Both the position numbers and the translations under genes were made by a program. From Botryllus schlosseri (Eukaryota), in the NCBI GenBank assembly GCA_051294905.1, contig CM119378.1, forward strand, positions 7,440,001 through 7,504,000: 64,000 bases of DNA, in the 5' to 3' direction. This document shows positions 1-13,900 of this stretch, piece after piece; position 1 is the stretch's first letter, and each line of letters begins with the position of its first letter. The notes beneath the pieces were generated by a model. That model made no database searches, was not told where the DNA came from, and worked only from the letters and a program-made list of their open reading frames with translations.

Positions 1-1061
1 TGACATTTCATCGGGCCACGACATGGCTTAGCATGCGACTTTCTAACCCCAAAAATATTGCTGCATGCTATTGTGTTGCATGCTCATCGCTCTCATGTCC
101 AATCGATGCACTGTGGTGTTATTGTTTTCAATATGTGTTTAACTTCTTAATTGCATTGGCCCAAATAAAGTGGAATGTTAATTGAATTTTGTACTGCGTA
201 CCATGGATATTTCTGACACATGGAATGTTTATGCAGGCCTTTTACAAAAACATCATTATAGTTACTCTTACATTGACGGAATTCATACTGCATCTAAATA
301 GAATGAGACTGTATAGTCATATCGTTGCTCAGAAACAGCATATAATTACCCTTGTTTTCATTACTAATTGATACTGTTCATTCTAATATATTCCCGCTCC
401 CTGTATAATAGATTGAATATGTAATATATTCTTATTGAAGTAATATTTTTGGCTGACCATCATCATTGGCAATCGTCAGCAACTTGTAGAGAATTGAAAA
501 GGACGCTGTATTGTTAATGTTGACATTGTTTATATACGACGTTATTTTCAATTCCCTGCTAATTGCTGACGACTACCTCGTACAAGTATTAGCCAAAACT
601 ATTCGAATATATTTCAAGATGAATATAGTTCCATATCTCCAAGAGTTTGTTGTATAATAGTTTCTTGGAATAATCTCCTTGAGTAGATTTCAGTACAATA
701 TACTAATATTTAGATTCTCAATTGCCTGCTCCTATCGTCAACAAATGCAATAGCTTGCAGTCCAGCCTTGCTGTGCAACAGTTTCTTTACTCAATAACAT
801 CAATATTGATTTCACGTTAGATGTTTGTGATGGTTTTCATCCAAATGAATTAAAATATATTTTTTTAAATATTCTGTTGTAATTTTATTGTGATCATTAT
901 TATAGTCCTATTTTGAAATTGTAGTCATAGGAAAAGGTCTAAACACAAGATATCTTCTTTTCGATAACATTGTCACATTGACTTAACTTACTTGAATTAT
1001 TCCCATACGTGCCTGCAAGTAGTTGTATATGTGGCATAACAAAAGAATTTTTGATTCCTAG

Positions 1062-1941
1062 CTGCTATTTTGTGATCATCAAAGTGTTGAACGCTTCAAT
1101 GAATTCCTCGGAAGTGATAACCTCAATCGATATGTTGATGCAAGCGAATTCCACCATGGAAGCCGGGGACAGTTACATTGCGTTTGCCGCCAGAAGGTAT
1201 TGTCTTGTATAATCATAGTTTTGATCAATGCCACCAATTCTCAAGATTACCTGAAGGTTTGATGGGGAATTGAAATTGCGATTTGGTGGAGGAAATATAA
1301 CTTGCTGCAATATCAGTGATCCTAATGGGATCTGCAAATCGTTGCCTGAAAGAAAAAGGAAAAAGCGTGCCACACAAAATCCTGACGTAGTCTACGGAGA
1401 AAATCATCCTTTGAATCCAGACTTCTCCTATCGTCACTATGTTTTGGTATCGACTCCTAATAGTGACGGGGGCATACCAATCCTCACAGCCAGCCCACTG
1501 TCAGCAAGCTGGAGCACTCCCGGTTAGTATATGAATAACCCGGGTGAAACATTGAGAGACTGACGTTATTAATCTGTTTAGGTGATAGGGACAACGCCTT
1601 TAGCAGTGCTGGTATTGCGATGATTGCTGTTGCGATTATTGTGATAATGGTCCTGGTCGTTATCGGATTCCTTATGTATCGCAGGTGAGATATTTTGCAA
1701 ATGTTGAATAAAACTTTGTGTCTTCGTCTTGAAGCATTGCTGAGTCATAATTGCTGACATGGGTTGAATCCGTTGATTCTTGCTTCATGCCTGTTGGTTT
1801 TTGTCATAAGCGTATTTTCACTCGGGAAAATAGCGAGACACAAGTTGAGAGATTATTTGCTTTACTTACTGCCTGTTCCATATTTTGTTAGGAGGTCATC
1901 AAATGCTAAAATGTTTCGTATGGAGCCAAGAGGGGATCCAG
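1062..1941 (+). CDS. RPTP juxtamembrane ectodomain and transmembrane exons
   Basis: Reads CYFVIIK...RKRKKR...[16 protein letters not shown]...ASPLS, then TM exon 1582-1684 ([24 protein letters not shown]) followed by the basic stop-transfer RRRSS. Confidence 0.88.
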
Positions 1942-4900
1942 GTATGTAACAAATGTAAAGTTGTTCAACTTGTATATTCAAAGTTCACGTACGCAACAGC
2001 CTTGTATTGGTAAAGTTTACAGCTAACTTGCTGATGATTTCACGGTAACATTTCCTTGCTGACATATTCCCTGACTGGATAAAATTGATATATGTGCATC
2101 AATCAAGTCCTGGGCATTGGCGGGTGAATTTGTTATTGGTCCTTTACCAGGAGCCAGCTTTATAATGCAATGTAACCTCCGAAGCTGCGTACAATGTACG
2201 AGTTACATCAATGGCATGATCAACCGATTTGGCGTTTTTGGGGCTAAAAGTGATTTTGTAGTTAATGTTATTTCGAACCATTTTAGTCTGACTTTCCGGC
2301 TGACAGGAATGAAAATTCTGATATAGCACAATCTAACTTCTTTATTGCATACAATGCACACATTGCCGCAGCCGATTTGCCGTTTTTCGAGTTATAACTG
2401 ATTTCATGGTATGCATTAATTCAGAACCGTTTCAAACATAATGATATTGTTGACTGCGGCGAAAAATGTTGTTTTATAAGTTTGCTTGAATCTCTACCTC
2501 AATAGATTGATGGATTCGTTCATATTTTCATGCCAGTGAAAATCTTGTTACGGCCATTCTCGTATCAATTATTATTATACTATTGTCATAGTAGTGATTT
2601 GTTGATATATATATATGCTGTGCGCAATGATTCGAGTACTTGAATCCAACTCGAGTGGAACGATTCGAGTCAAGTAGTGGGAGACGATTTATTCGAGTAC
2701 CGGTACTTAAATTACATGCCCCTTATCACTGTGAGTTTTTATTTTAACAACAATAATTATTGTTTCAATACTTACTTCTCAGAGCGGGAGCCTTGAAATC
2801 ATCTTGACATATAAATCACGTAGAATAAGGCTGTGCATCTGCATTGTGCACTTTAGCGGAAGGGACGTTTCTGTGAAATAATGAGCAACCCCCAGCATTG
2901 TCATAAAAGCGATATGAAATTGATATGGTAAAAAATACCAAATTATTTTTAACTTTAACTGATATTGTGTTATTACTGGTCGCATAAAAGTTACATTAAC
3001 TCTTCAAGACATCCATACTGCCATGATGCCCTAATGGGTAGCACTCGATTTGAAACCATATACTCTATTTGGAATTCGAATCACCTTGGTACTCGATTTT
3101 CCACAGCCCTAGTAATTACATGCAACTTAACAATGGAAATAAAAAAGTCAGGCTCTGCTATAACATTTTATTTATGTTGTGGTTATAATTCAATTCCTGA
3201 TAGGAGTATAGTTAATCAGATTTGAAGTCAGCAACAATATTGAATGATCAAAATGGTAGGATAGGGTGTATGTCTTGTTCAACTGTGAAATATATTTTAC
3301 AACTTGGATTTTTCAATCCCTAAAATTTTAACAGAATCCCTTTCAATAGAGCCGGGAGAATACATTGATCTTCCGGAAAATCCCGAATCTATAATTAATC
3401 GAGAGCTCGCCGGGTATGCGATACGTTTGAACGATCTGTTTCGCACGATAAACACGAAGAGAGAAAACGAAGATCTCGAATTTCTCGAGGAATTCAAGGT
3501 GACGCACGATTCTCTTCTGTTGCTTACGTGTTAATTTACAAGATAGGCAAGAATATTTTTACAACTTTCAGGGGGCGTTGGCTCGAGCCATGAAGCAATG
3601 CCATCTCACACACGATATTGCGACTTTGCGTGTTAACCTGCCAAAAAATCGCTACAAAAACATTATTCCATGTAAGTTTATAAATTTATGTGAAGTCGAA
3701 CAATATTCAATCGCCTGATCTCTGCTTCAGATGACCGGTCGAGAGTTGTTCTAGAAAGTATACACGGAGTTGAATTTTCCGACTACATCAATGCTTCTTA
3801 TGTGGATGTAAGTTGCGGTACTTTTTAACGCCTAGTGTCACATACTGATGTTTTAGATGAGGCATATATGGATCAATATCTCAATCAATTATATTAACTG
3901 CGTAATGCTGTAGTTGGTTTTGCTGCTGAGCATCAAATATGTTTCATTTGTGGTTGGTTTTAGTTATGTTCATTGTGTACTGTAGAAACCTATGACTAAT
4001 TTGATGATATGGCATCTGCTTCCTATAATATATTCCGATGACGTAACAATCAACCAAAACAATCACATGGCTGCGCTACGAAATCTGGCATTCACAGATT
4101 AATATGCCTTGTATCTGCTTATAGTCACATAGGCCCAAGTGGTGGTGTACTGCATACTGCGAGAGAAACTCCTAACAACCGAGCAACAGGGTTGTAACCA
4201 AGTCACAAGGTTCCATCTCACAAGTCAATCTCACTTTTATAGATTTGACTCGAGTCATTTGCAATCGACCACCGATTCAAATCCGAGTCCAAGTCAGCTT
4301 GTAGAGGGTTGAGTCCTAGTCATAGTATTTGACTCGAGTCCGAGTCCAAGTCATTATGTTCACTGTTCAGTTTTCATTTCAATCCGGTTCAACCCACTTT
4401 TTCGACTCTGCACTAGTGATATGGAACAGCTCGCAGTCATAATATTGTAGTTTTCCTCAGTCTTGACAGTGTCTGGCCCTATTTTTCAAGTATCGTCACT
4501 AATAGACGAAATACCAATAACGTGGTAACTTTACTATTCTTCGAAGTTACAATAACATGTATGACTTGGTTTGAGTCATGCACAATGACTCGTACAAGTT
4601 CGAGGCAATACAAATGGCTCGAGTCGAGTCATTTTACGAATTTGTAAAAATGACTTAAGTCACCCAAAAATCGCGACTCGAGTCATTACAATCCTGCCGA
4701 GCAATGCGGGAATCATATATTATCTACTCATAAACCACTGAGACAGTTATCCTTGACACTAGTTTCCATACAATTTGCCAATGTAACGTTCTTATGTTGT
4801 GCGATCGACTTAGACAATAATTTTATCTCAGGGTTATTCCCTTCGCCGAAAATTTATCGCGACCCAAGGTCCGAAGCCGGAAACCACGAATGACTTCTGG

Positions 4901-7900
4901 CGCATGATCTGCGAGCAAAACTGTAGAGTCATTGTTATGTTGACGAGACTGAAAGAGAGAATGAAGGTTTGAAAGTATTAACTGCGTGTCTCCTTGGCAT
5001 ACTTTTGTTAAGTGACGAGTAAAATCTGTTATATACACAATGGCTGGTTGTGACATAGCCAGTGGATGTAAGGTGCCTTCCTCCTAATTGGCGATTTAAC
5101 CTTCATTGTGATGTTACCACTAACTATTACAGCAGAACGTATCTAAAACGTCACTTCATTGTGAAAATTTACCTCACAAACCCCTCCATTTTTCTTGCGG
5201 ATATGACTAAATACATGGGGTTATCTGTGATATGCAGAAAATATATAGTATTCGATTATCCATAATTGTAATGGTGGCTATTGTAGACCAACTTCTGATG
5301 TTGGATTTCTCAAAATCCTCTACTTCAATAAACTAATTATAGTTATACTTCACCAAACTAATATCTGCGTCATCATTATATTCTGTAGCTAACAGCAGCC
5401 ACCTTTCAGGTCAAATGCGCGCAATATTGGCCAGACGAGGCAGACACCTACGACGATATTACCGTGAAATTGCAAGAGACCGTTTGTCTTGGCGATTTCG
5501 TCCAAAGAAGAATCACCGTTACCAGATCCGATCAAGTAGGATGGAAAATATGGCAATGCCATTTGTTCAGTTGCTAATCTGGTATCGTCCGCAGACGTTT
5601 GACGTGACTCAGTTTCAATTCATTGCGTGGCCAGATCACGGAATACCTACCGTGACCTCGAGCGTTCTGAGATTTCACGAATATGTGATCGCTTCGCAAC
5701 CTCCCGATGCTGGTCCTATCGTCGTGCACTGCAGGTTGGTTTTCTTGGTGGCGGTTAGCTTTGCGATCTGCGTTTCCTCAAAATCACAAGTCGCTTGTTA
5801 AGCGTCATTCGCAGACGAGAGCGATTTTAGTCGTAAAATACTGTTGAGTTTCTTAATGATATGACATGTCTGTTGCTGGCAAACTGTGTACGGTTTCAGT
5901 TTCAGTGTATAATTAAAAAATCCATTTATTCAATGCACCACAAGATTGCGATGCAATTTAAAGATAGGCAGGTATCGAAAGAGCTTGGAGTAGTCTGTGA
6001 AATAAGACACCCACCTGTAGGGTTACCATATTTTGGAAATCTGAAAAGAGGGCACTTTTTTAAAAAATCTCCAGACTTACAATACCGGAGTGAAATCCGG
6101 AAAAAATGGTAAATTTAGTTGAGTTTTTAGTTGGTTGACTAAAAAAAACATATAAAAAGGTCATTTTTCCGACTCGACTCCAGAAATATGCCCTTTTATT
6201 GAATACTCCTCCGTTGTTGACTAAAAAACAGGTCAACTTTCTGGCTCAACTCCCAAAATACCCGCCGGAAGGTTGCTTCAGTTCTGATTTGCTATATCTC
6301 AGTTCAATTTCAACATACCTCTAACCAAAATTTTCAAAATGGAGGACAAATTCTCAAAAACGAGGACATTTGCGCGTCCTCCGAGGACACTTTCAAAAAT
6401 ATCAAAAAAGAAGACGTATGGTGACCCTACCTACCTAGGCCTAGCCGATGTAAAAAAATGGGCATGCACACTGAATGAAAAGTAAAAGAAGATAACATTA
6501 AAGAACAAGCGACAAAATGAGGTGTCACATGACCGAAGGCAAGGTCTATATAGCAGATCGTGATCCAGTAATTTCGAGTGCTGACTAGCGTTTAGTGTAG
6601 TGGTATCTATTCTACAAGTGCAGCATTGATTGCTTCTGAAAGCGACCAAAACATGTCACGAGATGCTGGTTGCTGGTGTGAGTTCAAAGTGGCGTGACTC
6701 AAATTCGAAATCTCTTAACCATTGTGTGTCGTGAGCAGGAAGTATTCTGATTTCATGTCGAGCCCTTACTCCACCCATCTTTCATACAATGTTCTTACAT
6801 GTTAGTACGTGCACTCGAAACTTAGTAAAATGGTTTCCACCAACTGTTCAACTGACAAATCTCATGTCGAATCTATGCGTCTTAACAAGCTGGTGGGAAG
6901 ATCAAAACTTTCCACCTCTTTAAAAATCGAAAACCCTATTTTCTATTACGAATATACAAATACATAGCAGGCTTTGTTTGCTCATTTGCAATTTAACAAT
7001 AGATTGCACAGTATAATACGAATATATGACAATGTCGATTTTATTAGCTCATTGGTCAAACACAATTCAACAATGTATTGTGTTTATCCTGAAATGCAAT
7101 ATACTAAGTTTAAGCAAAAGTCAAGTCTAGGTAAGAAGTGCTTCTTGCATGCCATTGTCCGTCCACAATTGCCCAGCCTCCGTGTTATTATCTCAAAGAT
7201 GTTACTGGCTCCATTAATGACTAGGGCATTTTCTGACTACACAGTGCGCATGCACAGTATTTCAAAACTTGTCGCTAATGACTCAATTGGGATATGGTTG
7301 TTTCAGCGCTGGCGTTGGCAGGACTGGAACTTTCATCGCACTGAATCATCTCTTCGATGAAATTATGGAAAGTGAAGAGATCAACATTGCCGTCATCGTG
7401 GGGAAAATGCGTACCAGAAGACCCGACATGGTTCAGACGCTGGTAAGCCACTGGCATCGTATACGAAAATGCCATATTGTAACTGCACTGTCACGACAAG
7501 TGACTCATTTCCTTCATTTTCAGTGAAACTTGTATTAAGTGACGTGAGTCATGGTAGAAATGGGATATTTATTACACGTAACCGTGAGAGCAGTAATTCG
7601 TATGACTGCACGGTTTGACTAAATTTGTCGCAAATTCCTAGTTCGAAAGTGACTTGGTAATGGTCAACGTGCATGAACCAGTGCATATTTCGAAATGGTT
7701 GCGATTGCAAAACATTGCTGAAATGAGATTACCATCAACAACTGCATGACATTAAAGCAATGCCAATAGTAGTGCAGTCTGTCAACTTCGTACAATGGCG
7801 AATTCCAGTACACGTGAATTGACCAGCCTAGATGATATTATAGGACTGAATATGAATGTGTGGCTCTTCCCATGAATATTGATCCTTACAATTTCACATT

Positions 7901-10900
7901 AAATATATACATAGCGTTTGACAACATACATATGTGTGCCGTCTACTCACAATCATTTACTGATAGCAATCGGTGTTTGAAGGCAGAATGATCCATTTAT
8001 TTCATCATACCTGTGAAAATCCTGTCTGGCTTTGTGCAGACATGTTGATGACTTACCCTTTTATGCCCACTAGTGGAATTGGGAGGCATCCTGAATTGAC
8101 GTCGTCTTCTGAAGTTTCATTCTGAAATATTAATGACTAAAACTGGGTGCCAATAGCTGTCGATTGCCTATTCTGTATAATATATCCTGAAATATGTGAA
8201 CTCCACACTCCCATTTCCTCTACAGGAGCAGTATATCTTCATCCATAAGCTGGTTCTGGAGTTGTACCAGTTCAGGGCAAGTGACAAAGATGTTTCTGAA
8301 TTCAACGCTGCTGTTCGGGATTGGAAGAGGTGAGCTGAAATGCCCGTATAGTGTTTCATTCATGGTAAAAGAACCGGTATTAATAATTCTCAAGAATGCT
8401 TTGTCCCCTTTGATTCCACTGTTCTGCAGAGCCATGGATGATAAATTAGCAAGTCCTTTGACTGCTGGCTTAACTCGATAGGTTCTGCATTTTAAAAGAA
8501 TTACTTGACTATGAGTCAGATCAGAGGTATTACAACCATTGAAAGCATTGAAACCTGTTTGACTTATTCACTCCTGATTTTCTAAAAAATAACAGGTCAT
8601 ATTTCTACCATCTTTCATATAAAATATCGTTATAACATATGACTACGGGATCGTGGGTTGTTTGTGGTTCTGTTCAGTTCAATTTATTGAGAATTTCATC
8701 GATTTAAAACACCGCAAGATTATGAAAATTATGAAAATGAAGAGATTGGGACACCAATTAAACAGTGCATCTAACCTGCCAGTCACAACGATATAAGTTG
8801 GCAGATTTCTATGCTCCCTTTATTTTAGTTGTGATGCGGTGTTGACCCTGCAGATATGCGTTCGTTCATTCATTTATTTATTGATACTTCCATCAGTTCA
8901 AAATACCACCAGATTGCAATAAAATGGAATGTAGGAAGGTTTCAAACACCCACACTGAAAATTAAAAGTAACCAATAACACAAATGACTAGAGAGGAACG
9001 TAAAGTTGCATGTGTTGGTGGCATTGAGTTCGATAGAAGGAATTTGAGATGATTGCAATGAATCACACTAATACCAGTTCAATACAGGTCACTTTTTGAA
9101 CCAAACACCGCGATGCTAAGTAACAACCAGTATGAGTAGAAAGGAAAGAATGAAACTCGCATCAATTTGAACTGACCGTACTCGCATTGCATTGTTTTGT
9201 ATTTAGCGGAGACTCGAACGTAGTCAGTATGGATGTGGAATTTGCTCAGCTCGACTACTTTTTACCACTCGATACTGACCAAGATTATGCGCACAAGGAA
9301 TGCAACCTACAGTTCAATCACGATCCTGCTGTTTTGCCTTGTGAGTCTAGTTGATGGTGCTTGATTTTACATTCGGTGATAGCAATCTATGAGAGGAACG
9401 TTGCTGATGTAATGTCGATAAAACATTATTGTTGGAAAGATCAAAGAAGTGCGGTAAATCTTTCATTTTAACTTGGTTTGTATTGCACGCAAGTCTGCAG
9501 TAAGAACCAAACACCTACGCTTGAGATGAAAATAATGGTCTGGAAAATTTGTCGTGTCAGTGCGAGCTTTTGGCGCTTCCAATAGAGACAAGTCCTAATT
9601 GTCTGTTATTGTAATATTATATTTTGGCATCCTTTGCAGAGAGTTGATATATTGCCAATGAAGTAGGAACACGAATACTGCCTTAACCTTATGTCTTGGT
9701 ATTTCAGTGAATTTGGAAGTCTCTGTTACCATTATTACATTTATTTAATCGAGCAACGAATCTATACTTTGTCTTCAGTGCAACCGTTTTATGGATTCTG
9801 TTTTAATAGCTTTCCTCACGTATCGGTATTAGATTCAAGGATTTTTTCGGGAACTTACCTCAACTTATACCCTATTTTGAAAGTCAGCCTGAACTAAGGT
9901 CATTGTTGACTGAAAATTGTAGTTCGAATAATATATTCAGATTGAAATATACCTGAGTATTTTTAGGGACCAACTGGTAGAAAATCGGAAAAGAACATTA
10001 TATATCAACATTTGAATATATTATTAAAGTGTATATTGAAGTTCTTTTCATCCAATAGTCTCTTGAAAATTATAGCGAGAGAGAGAGAGAGGGATCAGAT
10101 TGATTATCGCCTGCACCATGGAGAGGCTTTGACGATGGAGATGCGATACGACCTTTGAGTAAGGTCATCTAATCTGCACTACCAATTTTTCACCTCCATG
10201 TTATCCGTGAATGCTGAGCGCCTAGCAAGATAGCCCGCAGATACCAGTTTTCAAATCTTTGGTCTGACCTGGCCGGGGATTGAACCCATGACCTACCGAT
10301 CAAGAAGGCGGACGCATCACCGTTACACCATCTCGCTCGTCTGCCAACCTCAGATAACACTCTCATCCGTCCGATACATAAATTCTTTGAATTTCTTTAT
10401 TTACAGACAATCACAACCTTGTTTTCATCCAAATGCAGCCCAATGACAAGCAAACGCCTTACTACAATGGAAGCTCGGTTATGGTCAGTTGATCTGCATC
10501 AATTTTATCGTTCAAGTCCATGAAGAAACGTTTGTATTTTCAGAGTTACAGTGCCTCCAACCGATACATAGCAGCTCAGAATCCCCGCGAGAACAGTTTC
10601 GATTTGTTTTGGCGAATGGTTTTGGACAACGATGTCGACGCCATTGTTGCACTTGGGCAGGTTTGGTATATTGATGTTTGCTAACAATGTCTAGGCATAA
10701 TTGTTTATTGATTTTTGTTCATTTCAAACATAACAATGAAGTATACCGGCTGACGCCTAGATTTCAAAGAATAATTGATTTTTTCTAACCTATAATGCCT
10801 ACTTATCCAGGAGGGAGAATCGGATATGCATTCCTACTGGCCAAAAGTGTCGACTACCGAGAAATATGGAATCGCCACGGTTCGCACGTTGGATGAGAAT

Positions 10901-13900
10901 AAGGATAAAGGCCTGACTGAGAGGACATTTGAGGTTTCGCATAAATCTAAGAAGGTATGCAAGGACCAAATTCCTCATCTTTGTAGTACTGGTATGTTTG
11001 TGGCCGCCAGGCGTTATTGCTTATATGGCTCAGCAATGCAAATGGATCAATGGAGGAATATTATTCGAGGACAAACCTCTAGTATTTTAACACAGCCTTG
11101 CGATTTGAAGTGCAATTCTCAATGTTTTGCTTGCCATTTACAGTCTCAATGTAAGTGTCATTGTGTGACAGATGGGTTTGTCTATTCCCCAAATCTGTGC
11201 AAATAAATAAAAATGCTAGTCGATTTTCATTTCCAGCTGTCAAATTCCTGGTAAGCAATTTTCAGGTTACAGGACTCTTGTAAACATGAGACCAATGCCT
11301 CATTGCGTCACTTTAAAGAGTTCATGAACAGTTTACTGTTGTACAGTGACCTTCGGACGAATTGATCAAGTTCAGAAATAGGTGTAAGGTTAAAATTATT
11401 TTCAGATTGTTGTGTCGCAAATTAGCTACGACGGATGGCCGAAAAATCAAGCGCCTTCCAAGGCCGGCGCCATTCTGGAGATCATCTCAAAAATTGAAAA
11501 GTGTTATCAAGCTCTGTCTGAACAAGAGACCAGGACAACAGTTGTGCACTGCAGGTATGGTTCGCAGTATTCAGTAGTTGCACTCCTGTCTATTAATTAG
11601 AGAAATGAAACATGAAATTTTAAATTGATTTCGAAGTTTGGAACGTGTCCTCTGCATGGTGCCGTAATAGACATAGGTCATAAGTTTGCGATGTACTTTG
11701 GGAGTGCGTCACAATGGTGCAACTGCTGTACGTAACTGTTTATAAATAGCCTACACAACTTGTTTGCGACAAGTTATATGTGAAGGCTTCGGAGACTTTT
11801 AAACAGACTTCTTTGAATTAAGCAAAACTTCTCAGCATAATAGAGGCTATAGCAAACGTCAATGTAGCATTTCTATCAAAGGATACCGAACAATAACAAA
11901 CAAGTTAGGCTTCAACAGCTACGTGGCGAGCTTCCTCTTGCATAACCACGTATAAATATCTAATATCAAAGAGTCGGCAGAAAATCATGCATATCCAATA
12001 TTACATTGGATATGCATACATTTGTCGCAATAAAAGTTTTACCTGTCCGCGAGGTCGAAAAGGTTTAGACCACTGGTTTAAAGGCATCCTAGAACTCGTT
12101 TAGGATCGGTCATGTCATATGTGAAAGCTGTAAGGAAACGCCTTAGCAAAGTGTGTTAAATTTACAAGACGGAAGCACCTGCAATGTGTTGCTAGGCGAC
12201 AAGGTGTGCCATTCTCTGTAGAAAACATACTGACCCATCCTGCCACAATTTCCCCACCAATAGAATTTGTTTTGCTTATAGGAAGAGAGATGTAATGGAA
12301 TAACGTAAAGAGAATCGACCTGGGGTACAAGGCCGAGCACCATAATACAATACCAGCAACAACAACAATGTACCACGTGTCTCATATCAAAAGTCAGCAT
12401 TAAATGAAGTTTCCAATGTTTGCTTTTTAGTTGAATACATTTGTTTTGATTAATTTTGATTATCAAAGGTTTGTCAGTCTGCTATATTTATTTTCATATT
12501 ATACCGTTCTGTAAGGTCGAACGGGTTGAGAACCGCTGGTATAGCGAGTTTGTTCATGATGATTTCACTCGTAAAATTGATACGAGTTTTTTGTCAACAA
12601 CTTTTACTTGAATAAATATGAAATGTCAGTGCAAAGCATTTTTTCTTCCAAAACTACTCAAGTACAGGTGGAAGTAATCACGGTTGTAACCAAGTCCCAG
12701 GGTTCCGAGTCACAAGTCAATCTTACTTTCATAGCTTTGTCACTTCGAGTCACTTTCAACTTACCGCCGAGTCAAGTCTGAGTCCAAGTCAGTTAACAAA
12801 TGGTCGTGTCCGAGTCATAGTGTTGAGACCCGAGTCCAAGTCATGGTGTCACAGTTCAATATTGAGTTAATGTCAGGTTCCACTACTCTTGGGTGATATC
12901 GTAGGCCTCGCATTCATTATATGCTTGTCTTTCTCACTCTTGACATGTCTATTCAAACAGATAAAACACAGTTTCTGGGCTTATTTTTCAAGTATTGGCC
13001 CTGATACACGAGATTTAAATCAAGACATACAGAATATCTCGAGTCCTATGACTTGGTTGCAGGGTTGTAATGACTCGAGTCATTTTCTCAAAATACGGAC
13101 TCGACTCCAGTCAATCTGTGTATTGACTCAATTTGGACTCGAGTCATTGCGCATGACTCGAACCAAGTCATATGACCCGAGACTCGGACGGCCAAGACCG
13201 ACATTTTATTGTAATTTCGAAGGATAGCAGAGAAACCACACTATTGGGATCTCGTTTATTGGTACTGGTACCTGAAAATGCGACCTGGAACTGCTTAAAG
13301 TGGGGTAATTAGTATGTTATAAATGCGAACCATTCGATATCACCAAACATTGTTATAAAAAGTGGGTTTAACTAGACTTTAATGGGAAACTGGGCAGTCA
13401 ACACAATGACTTGGACTAGTACTCGAGTCATAATACCATGACTCGGACTCGGCCCTCTGCTCGCTGACTTGGACTCGGACTTGACTCGGTGGTAAATTTA
13501 AAATGACTCGACTTGATTCGACTGAAAACTATAAAAGTGAGATTGACTTGCGACTCAAAGCCTCGTGACTTGATTACAACCCTGCTTGGTTGCAATGATT
13601 CTAGCACTAGTCGAGTCAATGCAGAACGTGACTCAAATCGAGTCTAGTCGTTTTCCATTTTCAAGCAAATGACTCAGGTCGAGTCATTACAACCCTGAAA
13701 GAGATTGAAAAACAAAAACACTTGTCTGAGCACTGAAGATTGAGGCGGCTGACATGACAGTATACACTCGTCGAGCATGTCCACATGCAAGTTGAAATAC
13801 AAGCAATTCTGAAGAATAAATAATACTACTCAGCCGTCAGCCCCCAAGTTTACCGACCACGACCTGACATATCGATCTCGCCTTCAGTCACATGCCACCT

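Noticed and set aside
470-860. Short imperfect inverted repeat (about 471-500 vs 546-575), similarity to about 44010-44100, and a minus-strand AFVDD resembling an RT motif
   Set aside because: Probably an old repeat fragment. The frame is short and stop-ridden with no other RT motif, so no LINE call is supportable.
2117-2400. Minus-strand Cys pair (CIVCNK) suggesting a PHD-like relic
   Set aside because: The remaining ligands cannot be placed in a consistent frame.
4187-4696. Recurrent GACTCGAGTC palindromes resembling a CRISPR-like array
   Set aside because: Irregular spacing, eukaryotic context, and fully explained as subterminal repeats of TIR/TSD-bounded MITEs.
7960-8480. Possible antisense nested exons (minus ORF 8220-8435 and splice-like motifs near 8010-8125)
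   Set aside because: The ORF overlaps a real + strand exon, has no recognisable domain, and the joined frame stops quickly.
11987-12017. Perfect 13-bp hairpin ATGCATATCCAAT-attac-ATTGGATATGCAT
   Set aside because: Isolated and close to a MITE end remnant (about 12077). No evidence for an RNA gene.
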